Shown here: piece after piece, positions 7,994 to 19,342 of the stretch
Position numbering within the stretch: the first letter of the stretch is position 1
Layout of the letters: the number at the start of each line of letters is the position of its first letter
Origin: Spirochaetota bacterium
Lineage (GTDB): Bacteria > Spirochaetota > UBA4802 > UBA5550
Assembly: GCA_963663865.1 (NCBI GenBank)
Contig: OY760686.1
Location: 2,720,001 to 2,784,000, forward strand
DNA length: 64,000 bases
Reading direction: 5' to 3'
Notes under the pieces: generated by a model
The model's database searches: none
Seen by the model: only the letters and a program-made list of their open reading frames with translations
What the model was told of the DNA's origin: nothing
Program-made: the position numbers and the translations under genes

Positions 7994-9748
7994 TTACAGA
8001 TTGATTGACGCCTGAGCCCTGAGCAGATCGTGTAGAGTCAGAATCCCGTGGACTGAGAGGGTCTTCCTGTCCAGAACTACGAGGGCGTTTGCAGTGGAAC
8101 CCACGAATCTGTCCCCGACCTCCCTGACCGTCTCGTCGCTGTAGCAAAAAACCGGGCTGTGCAGAACCGGCAGCTGCCTTGATTCAAGCGACGCCTGAAT
8201 CTCCTCCCTCGTCACGAATCCCTTCACCTTTGAACGCGAGAAAACAGGAAAAACATTGTATGGATAACGCGAAAGCTTTTCCTTCATTTCCTTTCTGTTG
8301 AGTCCCCTTAGCCCTACTAAATTCGGATTGGCTATTACGGATATTGACAGATTCTGCCAGCTCTGAAGGTCCTGCGGCGGTTTAATCTTATGAAGTTCAT
8401 TGCCGTCCTGAATAAGGATTTCATCATAGAAGTTCAGCCTGCTGAAGCGCTTTGACACGGCAAGACTGATTATCGTTCCAAGCATAAGCCCCGGCACAAG
8501 GGCAAACTGGTGAGTCATTTCAAACACAATGAGCATCGCCGTTAAGGGGGCATGAACAATCGCTCCCATACAGGCGCTCATTCCGACAGCGGCAAGCACA
8601 ATGTGGTCTTCAGCTCCCAGCGGTATGACCTGGCCGGTCAACCCGGCAATAAAGAATCCGGTCAGCCCTCCGATAAAAAGGGACGGCGCAAATATTCCGC
8701 CGCATCCCCCGAAGCTGTAACCGGCGATAGTGGCGATAAGCTTTCCGCATACCAGCAGTCCCGCGATCTTCCACTCGAACTGATTATTGAGGACGTCAGA
8801 GAGGTCCTGATATCCAAGCCCGAAGATGCCGATTTTGCCTGTCGCCGCAAAAATACCGCTTCCGATGACCCAGGTTATAAAGCCGCCGATTACAGGGAGC
8901 ATCCATCGCGGAATCCTTTTCTGGTTTTTAAGAATTCCCCTCCACGAAAGTGTCGTCCTGTGAAAGACCACCCCGGCGAATGAAGCCGCAAGGGCGACAA
9001 GCGGCACAACTGCGTAATGGACCCAGCTGATATTTTCAACCGACGGAATCGAAAAGGCGGGATGTCTTCCGAGCACAGCATGCACTGTAAAGGCTCCGAT
9101 AAGGGCTGAAAGAACAACGCGTCCGAGATACCTGTTGTTGATATCCCCCACCACCTCTTCAATAATAAAAGCAATGGCAGCCAGCGGGGTATTGAACGCG
9201 GCGGCAAGGCCGGCCGAGGCCCCTATAAGATTGGCCCCCCTGCGCTGACGTCTGCCTGTTCCGAAAAGCCCGCTAAGGTTTGAAGCAACCCCGCTTCCAA
9301 TATAAACAGAAGGGCCCTCTCGGCCGAGGCTGTTGCCCCCTCCAATACTCAGCGTGCCCGCGATCAGCTTCACAATGACCGGCGTCTTAGGGATATGCCC
9401 CAGCTCCTTCCAATATGCCATCTTCGCCTGGGGGATGCCACTCCCTGCTGCCTCGGGGCTGAACACATTCAGGAGGTACCCGACCATGGCCGAAGTGGTC
9501 ATTATCAAAATAAAGCTTGCAGTTATAAAAAAAAGAGGAGATTTCTGAGCAAATACCGTATAGGTTCTGGTAAAAATGAAGTTTGTCATGAAAAGAAAGG
9601 CTACAGCCGAAAGACCCGCCCCGAGGCTGAGAATACATGTCAGAATCACTGAACGGATATTTTCAGGAAATAGATTCAAAAAGCTCACGAATATTTTTTG
9701 GGAAAGCCCTGATACCTTTTTTACAACTCCGTCCATTTTATATCTCAT
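7994..9748 (-). CDS. CLC-family chloride channel / Cl-/H+ antiporter with C-terminal CBS domains
   Basis: GSGIP, GREGP, GLAAAFNTPLA and GGIFAPSL motifs, plus a CBS-like tail. Confidence 0.92.
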   Translation of the reverse strand: MRYKMDGVVKKVSGLSQKIFVSFLNLFPENIRSVILTCILSLGAGLSAVAFLFMTNFIFTRTYTVFAQKSPLFFITASFILIMTTSAMVGYLLNVFSPEAAGSGIPQAKMAYWKELGHIPKTPVIVKLIAGTLSIGGGNSLGREGPSVYIGSGVASNLSGLFGTGRRQRRGANLIGASAGLAAAFNTPLAAIAFIIEEVVGDINNRYLGRVVLSALIGAFTVHAVLGRHPAFSIPSVENISWVHYAVVPLVALAASFAGVVFHRTTLSWRGILKNQKRIPRWMLPVIGGFITWVIGSGIFAATGKIGIFGLGYQDLSDVLNNQFEWKIAGLLVCGKLIATIAGYSFGGCGGIFAPSLFIGGLTGFFIAGLTGQVIPLGAEDHIVLAAVGMSACMGAIVHAPLTAMLIVFEMTHQFALVPGLMLGTIISLAVSKRFSRLNFYDEILIQDGNELHKIKPPQDLQSWQNLSISVIANPNLVGLRGLNRKEMKEKLSRYPYNVFPVFSRSKVKGFVTREEIQASLESRQLPVLHSPVFCYSDETVREVGDRFVGSTANALVVLDRKTLSVHGILTLHDLLRAQASINL

Positions 9749-9965
9749 TGTCCTGTTTTATTTTCGGCCAAAACGCTGATTGCCTGGGCCTGCCCAGCCA
9801 GAGCCTCTAATGAGCGGCAAATATAGTTTTCCGGCCCGGCTCTCTTATTTTTTCATGTCTCACTTCGGCAACTACTATATGATCCGTCTCCGGTCAATAA
9901 GATTTAATGAGCTGTCCTAAAACATGGTCACATACGGATTAAACCGTCCACAAGACAGCTTCTGT

Positions 9966-12965
9966 TCAGCCGTTGATGCACTCCCAGACCTTCTTTGAAA
10001 GCTCTTCGATGCTGTAGGGCTTATTTATGAAACCGGCCGCTCCCTTTTGCATAATCGAGGCTATATTCTCGTGGCGGGTGAAACCCGAAGAAAGAAGAAC
10101 CTTAACATCAGAATTGATCTCTTTAAGCAGATGAAACGTGTCGACTCCGCTGATCTCAGGCATAATCAGGTCCAGAACAACAAGTTTGACTGCCGCGCTG
10201 TTCTCCCTGTAAAAATCGGCCGCGTCATAACCGCTGCTGAAAGCCTCAACGCTGTAGCCAAGACTTTTCAGTATTTTAGCTGCAGTGTTCCTCAGGATAT
10301 CCTCATCATCAACAACCATGATAAGCCCCTCGCCCTTATGGATCGGGGGCACGGCAGAGACCGTCACAGCCTCAGCACCGCCCGACTCGGCGATAGGCAA
10401 CATAATGCGAAAGACACTTCCTTTGCCGGGTTCTGATTTCACATCAATACTGCCGTTATGACTCTCAATGCAGCCGTAAACCGCGGCAAGGCCCAATCCG
10501 GTCCCTTTGCCGGAAGGCTTGGTTGTGAAATACGGCTCAAATATCCTGCTGAGGGTATCCGGCCCCATTCCCTTTCCGTTGTCTTCAACTGTCACAAGTA
10601 TATACTCTCCCGGCTGGAGCTCAAGACCCGCCGTCTCTCCGCCAATTACTGTGATGTTTTCAGTCGAGTAGGTTATTTCCCCTGAGCCTTCGATAGCATC
10701 GCGGGCGTTTATCCCCAGATTAAGAAGAGCGCTCTGCAGAGATACCGGATCGCCCATTACTCGGCTCTGTGCGGCGTGAAGGCTTTTTTTCACCGCAATC
10801 TGCCTGTCAATGCTTCTTGATAGAAAACGAACAGCCTCATCGATTATATTGTGGATATCAACCGGAACAGACAGAAGCCTCCCCTTTCTTGAAAAGCTTA
10901 GCAGACGCGCAGTCAGCTCAGCAGCCTGAGTTGATGAAAAAACAATATCGCGCACAAGTCCCCTTTTTTCCTCGTCGTCTGAAAGCATATTTTCGAGTAT
11001 CTGGGCTGAGCCAAGTATCACGGTCAGTATGTTGTTAAAGTCATGTGCAACGCCTCCGGCAAGCTGCCCTATTGTCTCCATTCTCTGCGACTGATGAAGC
11101 TGTTCCTGCAGCCTTATTTCCTCTGACATGTCTCTGAGGACAAGCACTACCCCCACGAGCATACCGTCAGTGTTTCTTATAGGAGCCGCACTTCCGGCTA
11201 TATTCGTAAGGCTACCGTCTCTGCAGACAAGGTAATAGTCCCTCCCCGCGAAGGCCGCAGGCCGGCCTGTTTCAATTACCTCTGTCACTGGATCAAGAAT
11301 ATCATCGCAGGACGGATTGCCGCATATTCTGACAAATTCCCGAAACATCTTTCCATGAATGTCATCGTGGTCCCAGCCTGTGATATCAAGCGCCCTCTGA
11401 TTGACCCTTGTAGTTATCCCGCTGGCATCGGTGGAGATGACACCCTCGCCTATTGATTCAAGCGTTATACGCAGATTTTCCTCGCTCTGTGCTACTATCT
11501 CCTGAATTTTTTTCTGTTCGACAATGTCCCTCATTATCAGAGATACGAATCCGCTTTTCATCCTGGTTTCGGAGTGGATCATAGCAGTAACTGAAACAGG
11601 GATTTCATTACCGGAAGACGTCTTAATTCGAAGTTCCCCGCTCCAAATCCCGTCAAGTCTTACGTACTCAAGAATTCTTTCCACAGCTGACCGTTCATCG
11701 GCAGGAAACAAGCGGTAGATATCAAAGCCCGGTACAGCATCTTCGCCGAGAGAAAAAGCTGCCCGCCCGGCCCTGTTGATATAGACAGGCATCAGATCCA
11801 TGCCTATGGTACAGACTATGTGATTCGTAGCTTCAAGAATATCAGCGAGACGTTTGAGCTTTGATTCGGCATTTGCTTTCAAAACACGGCTCACGATAAG
11901 AAATAGAGTCAACGCGACAAGCACAGGAAATAGAAATACTATCGTCCATATCTGGTAGAAGTATCGGTGATAGAAGGATGCCGGCATGTTAACCACATGT
12001 GCATCTGAGGGAATTCTGGAGACAGGTATTTTAAACTTTTTAAGCGCTTCGTAGTCAACCATGAGATGCCGGACTGGATTGTCTATCACGGGAATACTGT
12101 CGGCGGCAACCCCCGTTAATATTTGGCTCGTCATCTCCGCTGCCTTTATGCCCTGAACTGTACCTGAGAGAAGGCTGCCCCCCGCCACGCCCCCGCTGAA
12201 TCGGGTCTCGTCAATTGTGTAAACCGGAACATTGGCTCCTGAAGCGAAATATGGCCCGGTGCGTCCCGAGTCAAAGACCCTGCCTTCACTGTCAGTATTG
12301 TACCCGAGAAGAAGGACAGCCGTATCACGCGGCAGGGATGATATTCTACTGAGCGTTTTTTTTGAGCTTTCTTCAGGCAAAAATCTGAACCTGAACTGCT
12401 TATAAAAAGGCATTACATCAACGAGATTTTTTTTTGTTCCAATACCGCTTTCGGTGTAGTCGTGAACAACGACAATCTCTCTGACCTCAGGCTGCAGTAT
12501 CCCGATGAGATCAAGGGTGCCCGATGGGTCCCACTTTTCAGTAATGCCCGTTACGTTTTTCCTTCCCCTGACAATCCCGGAAGGCGGCCCGTTGATTCCG
12601 CAGAAAACAACCGGCACCCCCGGAAAGAGCCATTCCCTGTAATCGAGGGCAAACGACAACGCGGCGTTGTCCGACGTGATAATGACTGAAAATTTATGTT
12701 TGAGAGTTTTGCTTTTAAGGTACGCAAGAAAGGCCTTACGGACGTCATTATCGGTATGACGTTTGACGTCCATATACTCAATGTGCAGTTCCGGAGAAAC
12801 TCCTCTTTCCCTGAACCCTCTGTTTATTCCGTCCATTACAAGGCCGGTCCAGGTAAATCCCGGATGGTAGGAGTGAAGTACCAGAACATCCGGCCACTGA
12901 CCGGAATAAAGCGCCCCTGAACACAGCAGAGATATTAGAGCTGTCAGAATGACCCCGCATTTCAT
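9966..12965 (-). CDS. Hybrid sensor histidine kinase (ABC-substrate-binding-like sensor, 2 PAS, HisKA, HATPase, REC)
   Basis: VLVLHSYH sensor start; [13 protein letters not shown]; NLGINARDA; [14 protein letters not shown]; REC motifs VVDDE..LDLIMP..KPY. Confidence 0.93.
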   Translation of the reverse strand: MKCGVILTALISLLCSGALYSGQWPDVLVLHSYHPGFTWTGLVMDGINRGFRERGVSPELHIEYMDVKRHTDNDVRKAFLAYLKSKTLKHKFSVIITSDNAALSFALDYREWLFPGVPVVFCGINGPPSGIVRGRKNVTGITEKWDPSGTLDLIGILQPEVREIVVVHDYTESGIGTKKNLVDVMPFYKQFRFRFLPEESSKKTLSRISSLPRDTAVLLLGYNTDSEGRVFDSGRTGPYFASGANVPVYTIDETRFSGGVAGGSLLSGTVQGIKAAEMTSQILTGVAADSIPVIDNPVRHLMVDYEALKKFKIPVSRIPSDAHVVNMPASFYHRYFYQIWTIVFLFPVLVALTLFLIVSRVLKANAESKLKRLADILEATNHIVCTIGMDLMPVYINRAGRAAFSLGEDAVPGFDIYRLFPADERSAVERILEYVRLDGIWSGELRIKTSSGNEIPVSVTAMIHSETRMKSGFVSLIMRDIVEQKKIQEIVAQSEENLRITLESIGEGVISTDASGITTRVNQRALDITGWDHDDIHGKMFREFVRICGNPSCDDILDPVTEVIETGRPAAFAGRDYYLVCRDGSLTNIAGSAAPIRNTDGMLVGVVLVLRDMSEEIRLQEQLHQSQRMETIGQLAGGVAHDFNNILTVILGSAQILENMLSDDEEKRGLVRDIVFSSTQAAELTARLLSFSRKGRLLSVPVDIHNIIDEAVRFLSRSIDRQIAVKKSLHAAQSRVMGDPVSLQSALLNLGINARDAIEGSGEITYSTENITVIGGETAGLELQPGEYILVTVEDNGKGMGPDTLSRIFEPYFTTKPSGKGTGLGLAAVYGCIESHNGSIDVKSEPGKGSVFRIMLPIAESGGAEAVTVSAVPPIHKGEGLIMVVDDEDILRNTAAKILKSLGYSVEAFSSGYDAADFYRENSAAVKLVVLDLIMPEISGVDTFHLLKEINSDVKVLLSSGFTRHENIASIMQKGAAGFINKPYSIEELSKKVWECING

Positions 12966-13027
12966 TTACTTGCCCTTTCTTGCGGCTGCATTCCCTCTTC
13001 TCCCCCCTGTGCACAGCAGTTGAGCAC

Positions 13028-13056
13028 ATTCTACCACCGTACCGCCGTCATGTCAA
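13028..13056 (-). promoter_or_regulatory. sigma70-type promoter for the hybrid kinase
   Basis: Minus strand reads TTGACA-N17-TAGAAT with a TG extended -10. Confidence 0.65.
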
Positions 13057-13112
13057 TATGTGAGCTGCCGTTTACCGCTGCAGGCCAGGAATCAGTTCCT
13101 TTACAATCAGGG

Positions 13113-14345
13113 CTACTCTATATCACGGTCCCTGAATCCCATAAGGTAGAGGACAGCGTCAAGGCCTATTGTTGATATTGCGTGTTTTGCCGTCTCCTGG
13201 ACCTTCGGCTTTGCGTGAAAGGCAATACCGAGGCCCGCTATGTTAATCATCGGAAGGTCATTGGCCCCGTCGCCTATGGCGACCACCTGCTCAAGGTGAA
13301 TATCTTCTTTAAAAGCTATCTTTTTGAGCCACTCGGCCTTGGCCTCGCCGGTAACCACCTCTCCCAGGTAATTGCCGGTCAGCTTTCCGTCAACTATCTC
13401 AAGATCGTTGGCAAAGACGTAGTCAATGTCGAACTTTCTCTGAAGGTGTTTTCCAAAGTAGGTAAACCCGCCTGACAGAATCGCAGTCCTGAAACCGTAC
13501 TTTTTAAGGGTTTTAAACAGCCTTTCGGCCCCCTCAGTCACGGGGAGATTTTCAGCGATCTCCTGCATTACGCTTTCATCGAGCCCCTTGAGGAGCGAGA
13601 CCCTTTTAGCAAAGCTTTCCTTGAAGTCAATCTCACCGCGCATTGCCGACTCGGTTATGCGGTCAACCTCGTCTCCGACACCGGCCCTCTTCGCCAGCTC
13701 AACAATGACCTCTGTCTGAATAAGCGTGCTGTCCATATCAAAGCAGACAAGCCTTCTGTTTCTTCTGTAGATATTGTCGTACTGAAAGGCTATATCCGCC
13801 CCAACCTCTTTTGAAACATCAATAAAACTTCCGCGCATCTCGACTGTATCGCGGGGAGTCCCCCTGACAGAGAACTGGACGCAGGCCTTGCTTGACTTAT
13901 CGTCGGTCTCGGGTACTGAATCAAGCGGAACCCGGCCCGTCAGACGCGTTATTCCGTCGATATTGAGTCCCTGTTCGTATATTATCTCCGCGACTTTGGA
14001 AAGCTGGTGAGAGGTTATCTTCCTGCTGATAAGGGTTATAATGTACCTGTCCTTGCCCTGCAGCGAAACCCAGTGATTGTACCTTTTCTCGGTAATGGGA
14101 GTAAACTTGACTGAAACGCCGAGCTCATATCCCTTGAAGAGAATGTCCTTGAGAACAGGCGACGTCTCAGCGGCGCCCGAAAGCTCGAAGAGAATACCTA
14201 ATGAAAGATGATCGTGAATAACCGCCTGACCGATGTCGAGAATATTGACATCGTAGTCAGCCAGAACCGATGTAAGCGACGATGTGACACCGGGTCTATC
14301 GGCGCCGGATATACTCATCAATATAACTTCACGCCCTTTTGCCAT
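13113..14345 (-). CDS. serB: Phosphoserine phosphatase with two ACT domains
   Basis: GADRPGVT ACT start; HAD motifs FDMDSTLI, SGGF, GDGANDL; start moved to ATG 14345 after a GAGG RBS. Confidence 0.93.
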   Translation of the reverse strand: MAKGREVILMSISGADRPGVTSSLTSVLADYDVNILDIGQAVIHDHLSLGILFELSGAAETSPVLKDILFKGYELGVSVKFTPITEKRYNHWVSLQGKDRYIITLISRKITSHQLSKVAEIIYEQGLNIDGITRLTGRVPLDSVPETDDKSSKACVQFSVRGTPRDTVEMRGSFIDVSKEVGADIAFQYDNIYRRNRRLVCFDMDSTLIQTEVIVELAKRAGVGDEVDRITESAMRGEIDFKESFAKRVSLLKGLDESVMQEIAENLPVTEGAERLFKTLKKYGFRTAILSGGFTYFGKHLQRKFDIDYVFANDLEIVDGKLTGNYLGEVVTGEAKAEWLKKIAFKEDIHLEQVVAIGDGANDLPMINIAGLGIAFHAKPKVQETAKHAISTIGLDAVLYLMGFRDRDIE

Positions 14346-14396
14346 AAACCTCACTCCATAAAAAGATGAGCAAGCCTAAAACTGTACGGACCTCTG

Positions 14397-15410
14397 TCAA
14401 GACTTTTGGCTCGTCTGAAGATTAATGCCTAACATCCCTGCTGCCCTCCTGACAAGCTCGGGATTATCTTCAGAGGTGGTCTTATGCAGGGCCTCTTCGC
14501 GGCTCATCGCACCGGCCCTTACTATGCCGGCATTTTCCCAGGCGTAAGGATGAAAACCGAACTCCCTTCGGTGCAGATGATTAGCCAGGGCGTTCAGAGT
14601 GCAGTTAGTGGAATTTGGATCCGTGTCGTCAGGCTTCTCCCAGCCGGCCCCGGTGATCTCTCTGAGAATATCGTCTTCTGAATAATCCATGAATGCGAGA
14701 GGATGAACATTGAGAGGCCACCTTTCAGGAGGTGCGCTCATCTCTTCCTCAGAGAGAAAGAGCCCGGCTGTCCGTGGTCCGCACTTTGAGACCAGCGGAT
14801 CGCGTATGCTTCTGTTCGAAAAGCTCTGAATGCCGGGACCCGTCTTCATAATTGATGAAGAAATAGGGGCCTGACCCGGCGACCATCCATAGGCTGCAAG
14901 CGGGATGCCGTACCTGATAGCCGCTCCGGTAACCAGAGACTTCACCATACCAATGCAGGCAGTACATATTGAACTGGCTCTGTCAAGTGTCTTGGGACTG
15001 AATATACCGCCCCCGGCGGCAGCCCGGAAAATGTCCGAAATCAGGGGAAAGGGCGGCCTGATTATCCACGAAACAGCGCCGGCCCTGTCAGTCATCTTCT
15101 TTATGTTATCAAGTGACTTACTGGAGAGGAAGCCGTTGTCAAATGTCAGCGCCAGAACACTCAGCCCGAACCTTTCAGTCAGCTTCATGAGGGTGTAAGT
15201 AGAGTCCTTGCCTCCGCTGTAGGCTATAACAGCGTCAAAACGCTGTTTCCCCCTGACTTCATCGGCAATTCTTTCGAACCTTTCGAGATACTCTTCCTTT
15301 TTGGCTTTATCGGGCTGTTGAGTATTCCGGCAGTAGTTGCACACTCCCTCTTTGTCGAATTCTATTCCGGGGAAGGTTTCAGGAAGAACGCATTTTTTAC
15401 AGTAAATCAT
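14397..15410 (-). CDS. PP-loop (N-type ATP pyrophosphatase) protein resembling N-acetyl-sugar amidotransferases (WbpG-like)
   Basis: N-terminal CKKC...GVCNYC, AYSGGKDS PP-loop, ICTAC, STNC. Confidence 0.7.
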   Translation of the reverse strand: MIYCKKCVLPETFPGIEFDKEGVCNYCRNTQQPDKAKKEEYLERFERIADEVRGKQRFDAVIAYSGGKDSTYTLMKLTERFGLSVLALTFDNGFLSSKSLDNIKKMTDRAGAVSWIIRPPFPLISDIFRAAAGGGIFSPKTLDRASSICTACIGMVKSLVTGAAIRYGIPLAAYGWSPGQAPISSSIMKTGPGIQSFSNRSIRDPLVSKCGPRTAGLFLSEEEMSAPPERWPLNVHPLAFMDYSEDDILREITGAGWEKPDDTDPNSTNCTLNALANHLHRREFGFHPYAWENAGIVRAGAMSREEALHKTTSEDNPELVRRAAGMLGINLQTSQKS

Positions 15411-15414
15411 GACA

Positions 15415-15666
15415 TTACCCCTCAACGCCCTTCCGCCTCAGAAAAGCGGCAATCCGGTCTATACTGTCAAGGTTCTCAGGGACAAGCTCGTCATCCTCAA
15501 CGGTTATGGAGAACGTCTCCTCAAGAAACATCACAAGCTCAAGAACCCCCGTCGAATCAATGACGCCGCTCTCAATAAGGGAATCTTCCGGAGCAAGACC
15601 GGTATCGGTTCTCCCCGCGATAAAGTTTTCTCTTATAAACTTAAGGATATTTTCGCTAACAGACAT
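15415..15666 (-). CDS. Acyl/aminoacyl carrier protein
   Basis: Acidic 83-aa protein with GVIDSTGVLELV phosphopantetheine-Ser motif and ELVPENLDS. Confidence 0.88.
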   Translation of the reverse strand: MSVSENILKFIRENFIAGRTDTGLAPEDSLIESGVIDSTGVLELVMFLEETFSITVEDDELVPENLDSIDRIAAFLRRKGVEG

Positions 15667-15687
15667 GAATTCCTCCGCAAATTGTAT

Positions 15688-17643
15688 TCAGATTTTATCA
15701 GAACGCGCAGCAACCGCTGCGCCTCTTGCCGCACCCGAGGCATGCATATAATAAAGCATCTGTGTTGATGATATCGCGGCCAGGGCCATATCGTCTCTCT
15801 CGCTTATGAGAGCATCGGGGTTTTCAGCCTTTCGAAGCAGATTGATCGCCGCAGCCTCCTCGAAAACACCCGCCGACCTGATATTCTCCTCTGAGCATGA
15901 TTCCCGGGCGCTCCCATCAAGGCCCGCAACAACGCCCGCTATCGGAGCCCTGTAGGGCTGCTTGCTTCTTGAACAAACCTCATCGGGAAGCATGCCCTCG
16001 AACGCCCTTTTTAAGATGTATTTTTCATTCAGAACGTTCAGCTTATATCGCGGGGGGATGGATGCGGCGTACTCGATTACCCTGTGGTCAAGGAAGGGAA
16101 AGCGGCCCTCGACCGAATGCCCCATAAGCACCCGGTCTCCCTGCGAAGACAGAAGATAACCCGGCAGAAAGAGTTTGCTTTCTATGTACTGCGCCCTGCA
16201 TAGCGGATTCCACCTGCTGATGTCAGGGCTTATATATGAGTCAAGCCTTTCCCGCTGAGCAGTATCACTGAGCAGCTCCCTTATTTCAGGCCTTAGAAAG
16301 TGCTTTATACTCGATGTATTCTTCCATCTTATCGTGTGGGAATAATAGGGATTGTCAGTGTCCTCAAGCCCATATTTGAAGAAAGACTGCCAGAAGCGGA
16401 AAACCCTCGGATCCCGCGTGATGTACGGATAAAGCGTCGAGAGAAGCTTGGGCCTCCTGTGCGATGACGGCACCTTCGCCCAGAACCGCCTTATGCAGTC
16501 CTCCTTGAAGATATTGTAGCCCCCGAAAATCTCATCGGCGCCCTCGCCCGTAAGAACTACTTTGAGGCCGTTTTCTCTCACCAGACCGGAGAGTAGGTAT
16601 AGCGGCGCGGGCGCGCTCCTGGTCAAAGGCCTCTCACCAAACCACACCGCCTCTTCAAACGCCCTTGCGGTGTCCTGCAGTGAGGCGCGAACCGAGCTGT
16701 GCTCAGTTTTCAGCATACCGGCCATGAGCTCCTGATATGAAGATTCGTCATATTCTGAATCATCAAAGGTCACGGAAAAAGTCCTGAGCCCGTTCCCCTT
16801 GATTCGCCCGGCAATCATAGATATTATGGATGAATCCAGACCCCCGCTCAGATATGAGGCAACCGGAACATCAGCCCTCAGCCTGACAGACACAGCATCG
16901 TAGATCAGCTCATTCAGCCCCGCAATGTAATTCTCGACAGGCGCGTCATCGTAGTTACCATCATCCGGAAATGTGAAATCCCAGTAACGGCGAGAGGCGG
17001 TTCCCCTGGGACTGACGGTGATGTGTCCTCCGGGCTCTACCTCCTGAACCACTTTATAAGGTGTCATGGGGGGGATATTGACCCACATTGTCAGTATATC
17101 CTCAAGCCCCTGTTCCGAAAATTCAGGACTGACGCTGCCCTCCGCGAAGAGAGCCTTCATCTCGGAAGCAAACACAATACCTTCAGGGACCTGAGCAAAA
17201 AAAAGCGGGACAATACCGACCCTGTCCCTTACGAGATGCAGCTCCCTTCTCATCGAATCCCACAGGGCAATCGCGAACTGTCCGTTCAGCTTATCCATAA
17301 AATAAGGTCCGTACTCCTCAAAGAGATGCACAATGACCTCAGTGTCGGATTTTGTTTTAAATACATGCCCCTTTTGAACAAGAAAGTCCCTGAGCTCAAT
17401 GTAGTTGAATATCTCTCCGTTGAAGACGACACAGACGGTTCCGTCCTCATTGTAAATCGGCTGGGTGCCGCCGCTGATATCTATAATTGAGAGGCGGCAG
17501 CTCCCCAGAGCAAGAGGGCCGTTTACGTGAAAGCCCGTCTCATCGGGTCCTCTATGCCTGAGTGACGCTATCATCGTCTCAACGGCTCCGTTTTGAGCCG
17601 GAGCCATTTTTCTATAGTTGTATATTCCTGCAATTCCGCACAT
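15688..17643 (-). CDS. asnB: Asparagine synthase (glutamine-hydrolysing) family amidotransferase
   Basis: MCGIAG (Cys1), HRGPD, RLSIID, NGEIFN, YLSGGLDSS, TGEGADE, EGRFPFLD. Confidence 0.9.
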   Translation of the reverse strand: MCGIAGIYNYRKMAPAQNGAVETMIASLRHRGPDETGFHVNGPLALGSCRLSIIDISGGTQPIYNEDGTVCVVFNGEIFNYIELRDFLVQKGHVFKTKSDTEVIVHLFEEYGPYFMDKLNGQFAIALWDSMRRELHLVRDRVGIVPLFFAQVPEGIVFASEMKALFAEGSVSPEFSEQGLEDILTMWVNIPPMTPYKVVQEVEPGGHITVSPRGTASRRYWDFTFPDDGNYDDAPVENYIAGLNELIYDAVSVRLRADVPVASYLSGGLDSSIISMIAGRIKGNGLRTFSVTFDDSEYDESSYQELMAGMLKTEHSSVRASLQDTARAFEEAVWFGERPLTRSAPAPLYLLSGLVRENGLKVVLTGEGADEIFGGYNIFKEDCIRRFWAKVPSSHRRPKLLSTLYPYITRDPRVFRFWQSFFKYGLEDTDNPYYSHTIRWKNTSSIKHFLRPEIRELLSDTAQRERLDSYISPDISRWNPLCRAQYIESKLFLPGYLLSSQGDRVLMGHSVEGRFPFLDHRVIEYAASIPPRYKLNVLNEKYILKRAFEGMLPDEVCSRSKQPYRAPIAGVVAGLDGSARESCSEENIRSAGVFEEAAAINLLRKAENPDALISERDDMALAAISSTQMLYYMHASGAARGAAVAARSDKI

Positions 17644-17805
17644 AAGCATCCACTTTACGGGTATTAAACCGGCTTTTCTTTCGGCTCATCGTCCTGAGAC
17701 AGGGCATGATTACACGCGAATTTCTTTCACCTCCCGGCCGGCATGTCAAGCTATCTTTATAAAAGAGCACTTTTCAGGATAATTTCACTTTACTCTGAAA
17801 TGTTC

Positions 17806-17834
17806 TTGAAAAAAAATATGATGCAGGGCATAAT
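17806..17834 (+). promoter_or_regulatory. Possible sigma70-type promoter for the rml operon
   Basis: TTGAAA-N17-CATAAT upstream of rfbA. Confidence 0.4.
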
Positions 17835-17886
17835 GAGTGTCTTATTATTTGAATAACCTCATATCTTTTTACCACACGGAGTCTTT

Positions 17887-18753
17887 ATGAAAGGAATTAT
17901 ACTTGCAGGAGGCAGGGCAACCCGCCTTTACCCCGTAACAAAAGCGGTAAGCAAGCAGCTTCTGCCTGTCTATGACAAGCCGATGATCTATTATCCCCTG
18001 TCCGTTCTCATGCTCTCAGGAATAAAAGAAATTCTTATTATATCAACGCCGGACGCGCTGCCGCTGTTCAGGCTCCTTCTCGGTGACGGTTCATGGCTCG
18101 GCATCTCAATCGAATACGCCGAGCAGGAATCCCCCAGGGGACTCGCGGACGCCTTCATCGTCGGCGAAAAGTTTATCGGCAGCTCGGCTGTCAGCCTGAT
18201 TCTTGGAGACAACCTGTTTTACGGCCAGAACCTCAGCGAGAAGCTGCAGAAGGCTGCATCATGCGAATCAGGCGCTTCCGTTTTCGGATACTTTGTACAC
18301 GATCCGGAAAGATACGGCGTTGTCGAGTTCGACGCTGAAGGCCGGGCAATCTCCATTGAAGAGAAGCCCTCTAAACCCAGGTCCAACTGGGCGGTAACCG
18401 GCCTTTACTTCTACGACAACCGCGTCGTCGACATAGCAAAGAACATTAAGCCCTCAGCGCGCGGCGAGATAGAGATCACAGATGTAAACAAAACATATCT
18501 TAACATGAATGAACTTATGGTGCACAGGCTCGGCCGCGGATACGCCTGGCTTGATACCGGAACTCACGACTCCCTCATTGACGCTGCTATGTTCATCAAG
18601 ACAATCGAATCAAGACAGGGGCTCAAGGTTGGCGCCATTGAAGAGATTGCCTTCAGAATGAATTACATAGATTCAGACCAGCTGATGAAAACAGCCGGGA
18701 ACGCCGACACGGAGTACGCCGCGTACCTGAGATCAATAGCAGGAGAAGCCTGA
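17887..18753 (+). CDS. rfbA: Glucose-1-phosphate thymidylyltransferase (RmlA)
   Basis: [41 protein letters not shown]. Confidence 0.96.
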   Translation: MKGIILAGGRATRLYPVTKAVSKQLLPVYDKPMIYYPLSVLMLSGIKEILIISTPDALPLFRLLLGDGSWLGISIEYAEQESPRGLADAFIVGEKFIGSSAVSLILGDNLFYGQNLSEKLQKAASCESGASVFGYFVHDPERYGVVEFDAEGRAISIEEKPSKPRSNWAVTGLYFYDNRVVDIAKNIKPSARGEIEITDVNKTYLNMNELMVHRLGRGYAWLDTGTHDSLIDAAMFIKTIESRQGLKVGAIEEIAFRMNYIDSDQLMKTAGNADTEYAAYLRSIAGEA

Positions 18754-18754
18754 A

Positions 18755-19324
18755 ATGCCCTTTAACTTTACGCCTTTAAATATACCTGACATTATGCTCA
18801 TTGAACCGAGGGTTTTCAGGGACGAACGGGGCTACTTTTTCGAGTCATTTAAAACCTCTGACTTTCACAGTGTAGGAATCGCCGGCACTCCCGTGCAGAT
18901 AAACCATTCAACGTCTTCCAGAGGGGTTATCCGCGGGCTGCACTATCAGAAAAACCCCCGTGCCCAGGCAAAGCTTGTAAGGGTAATATCAGGCAGCATA
19001 TTTGATGTCGGAGTCGATATAAGGGAGAACTCTCCTCACTACGGAAAGTGGGCAGGAGCGGAGCTGACAGCCGAGAACCGGAAAATGCTCTATCTTCCGA
19101 GAGGTTTCGCGCACGGCTTCTGTGTTCTTTCAGAAACAGCAGAGGTTGAATACTGCGTCTTCGGTGGCGAATATTCGCCCGATAACGACAGAGGCATCAT
19201 CTGGAACGACCCTGACATAGGCATTGACTGGCCGGAAGAAAACCCTGTCTTATCGCCGAAAGACTCGGCCTTACCAGCGCTTAAAAACGCTGAAAACAAC
19301 TTCATATACCTTAAAATTGACTGA
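18755..19324 (+). CDS. rfbC: dTDP-4-dehydrorhamnose 3,5-epimerase (RmlC)
   Basis: DERGYFFESF, RGLHYQ, QAKLVRV, GFAHGF, WNDPDIGIDWP. Confidence 0.95.
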   Translation: MPFNFTPLNIPDIMLIEPRVFRDERGYFFESFKTSDFHSVGIAGTPVQINHSTSSRGVIRGLHYQKNPRAQAKLVRVISGSIFDVGVDIRENSPHYGKWAGAELTAENRKMLYLPRGFAHGFCVLSETAEVEYCVFGGEYSPDNDRGIIWNDPDIGIDWPEENPVLSPKDSALPALKNAENNFIYLKID

Positions 19325-19342
19325 TAATTACGGGAATTAATA

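Noticed and set aside
9749-9965. Fluoride riboswitch upstream of the CLC gene
   Set aside because: No crcB-motif consensus seen, and the protein has chloride-type GSGIP rather than CLC-F motifs.
15688-17643. AsnB as the lasso cyclase for the nearby precursor
   Set aside because: It has an intact Cys1 glutaminase domain and sits in an ACP operon; the precursor core lacks Asp/Glu and Thr-2, and no B2 protease is present.
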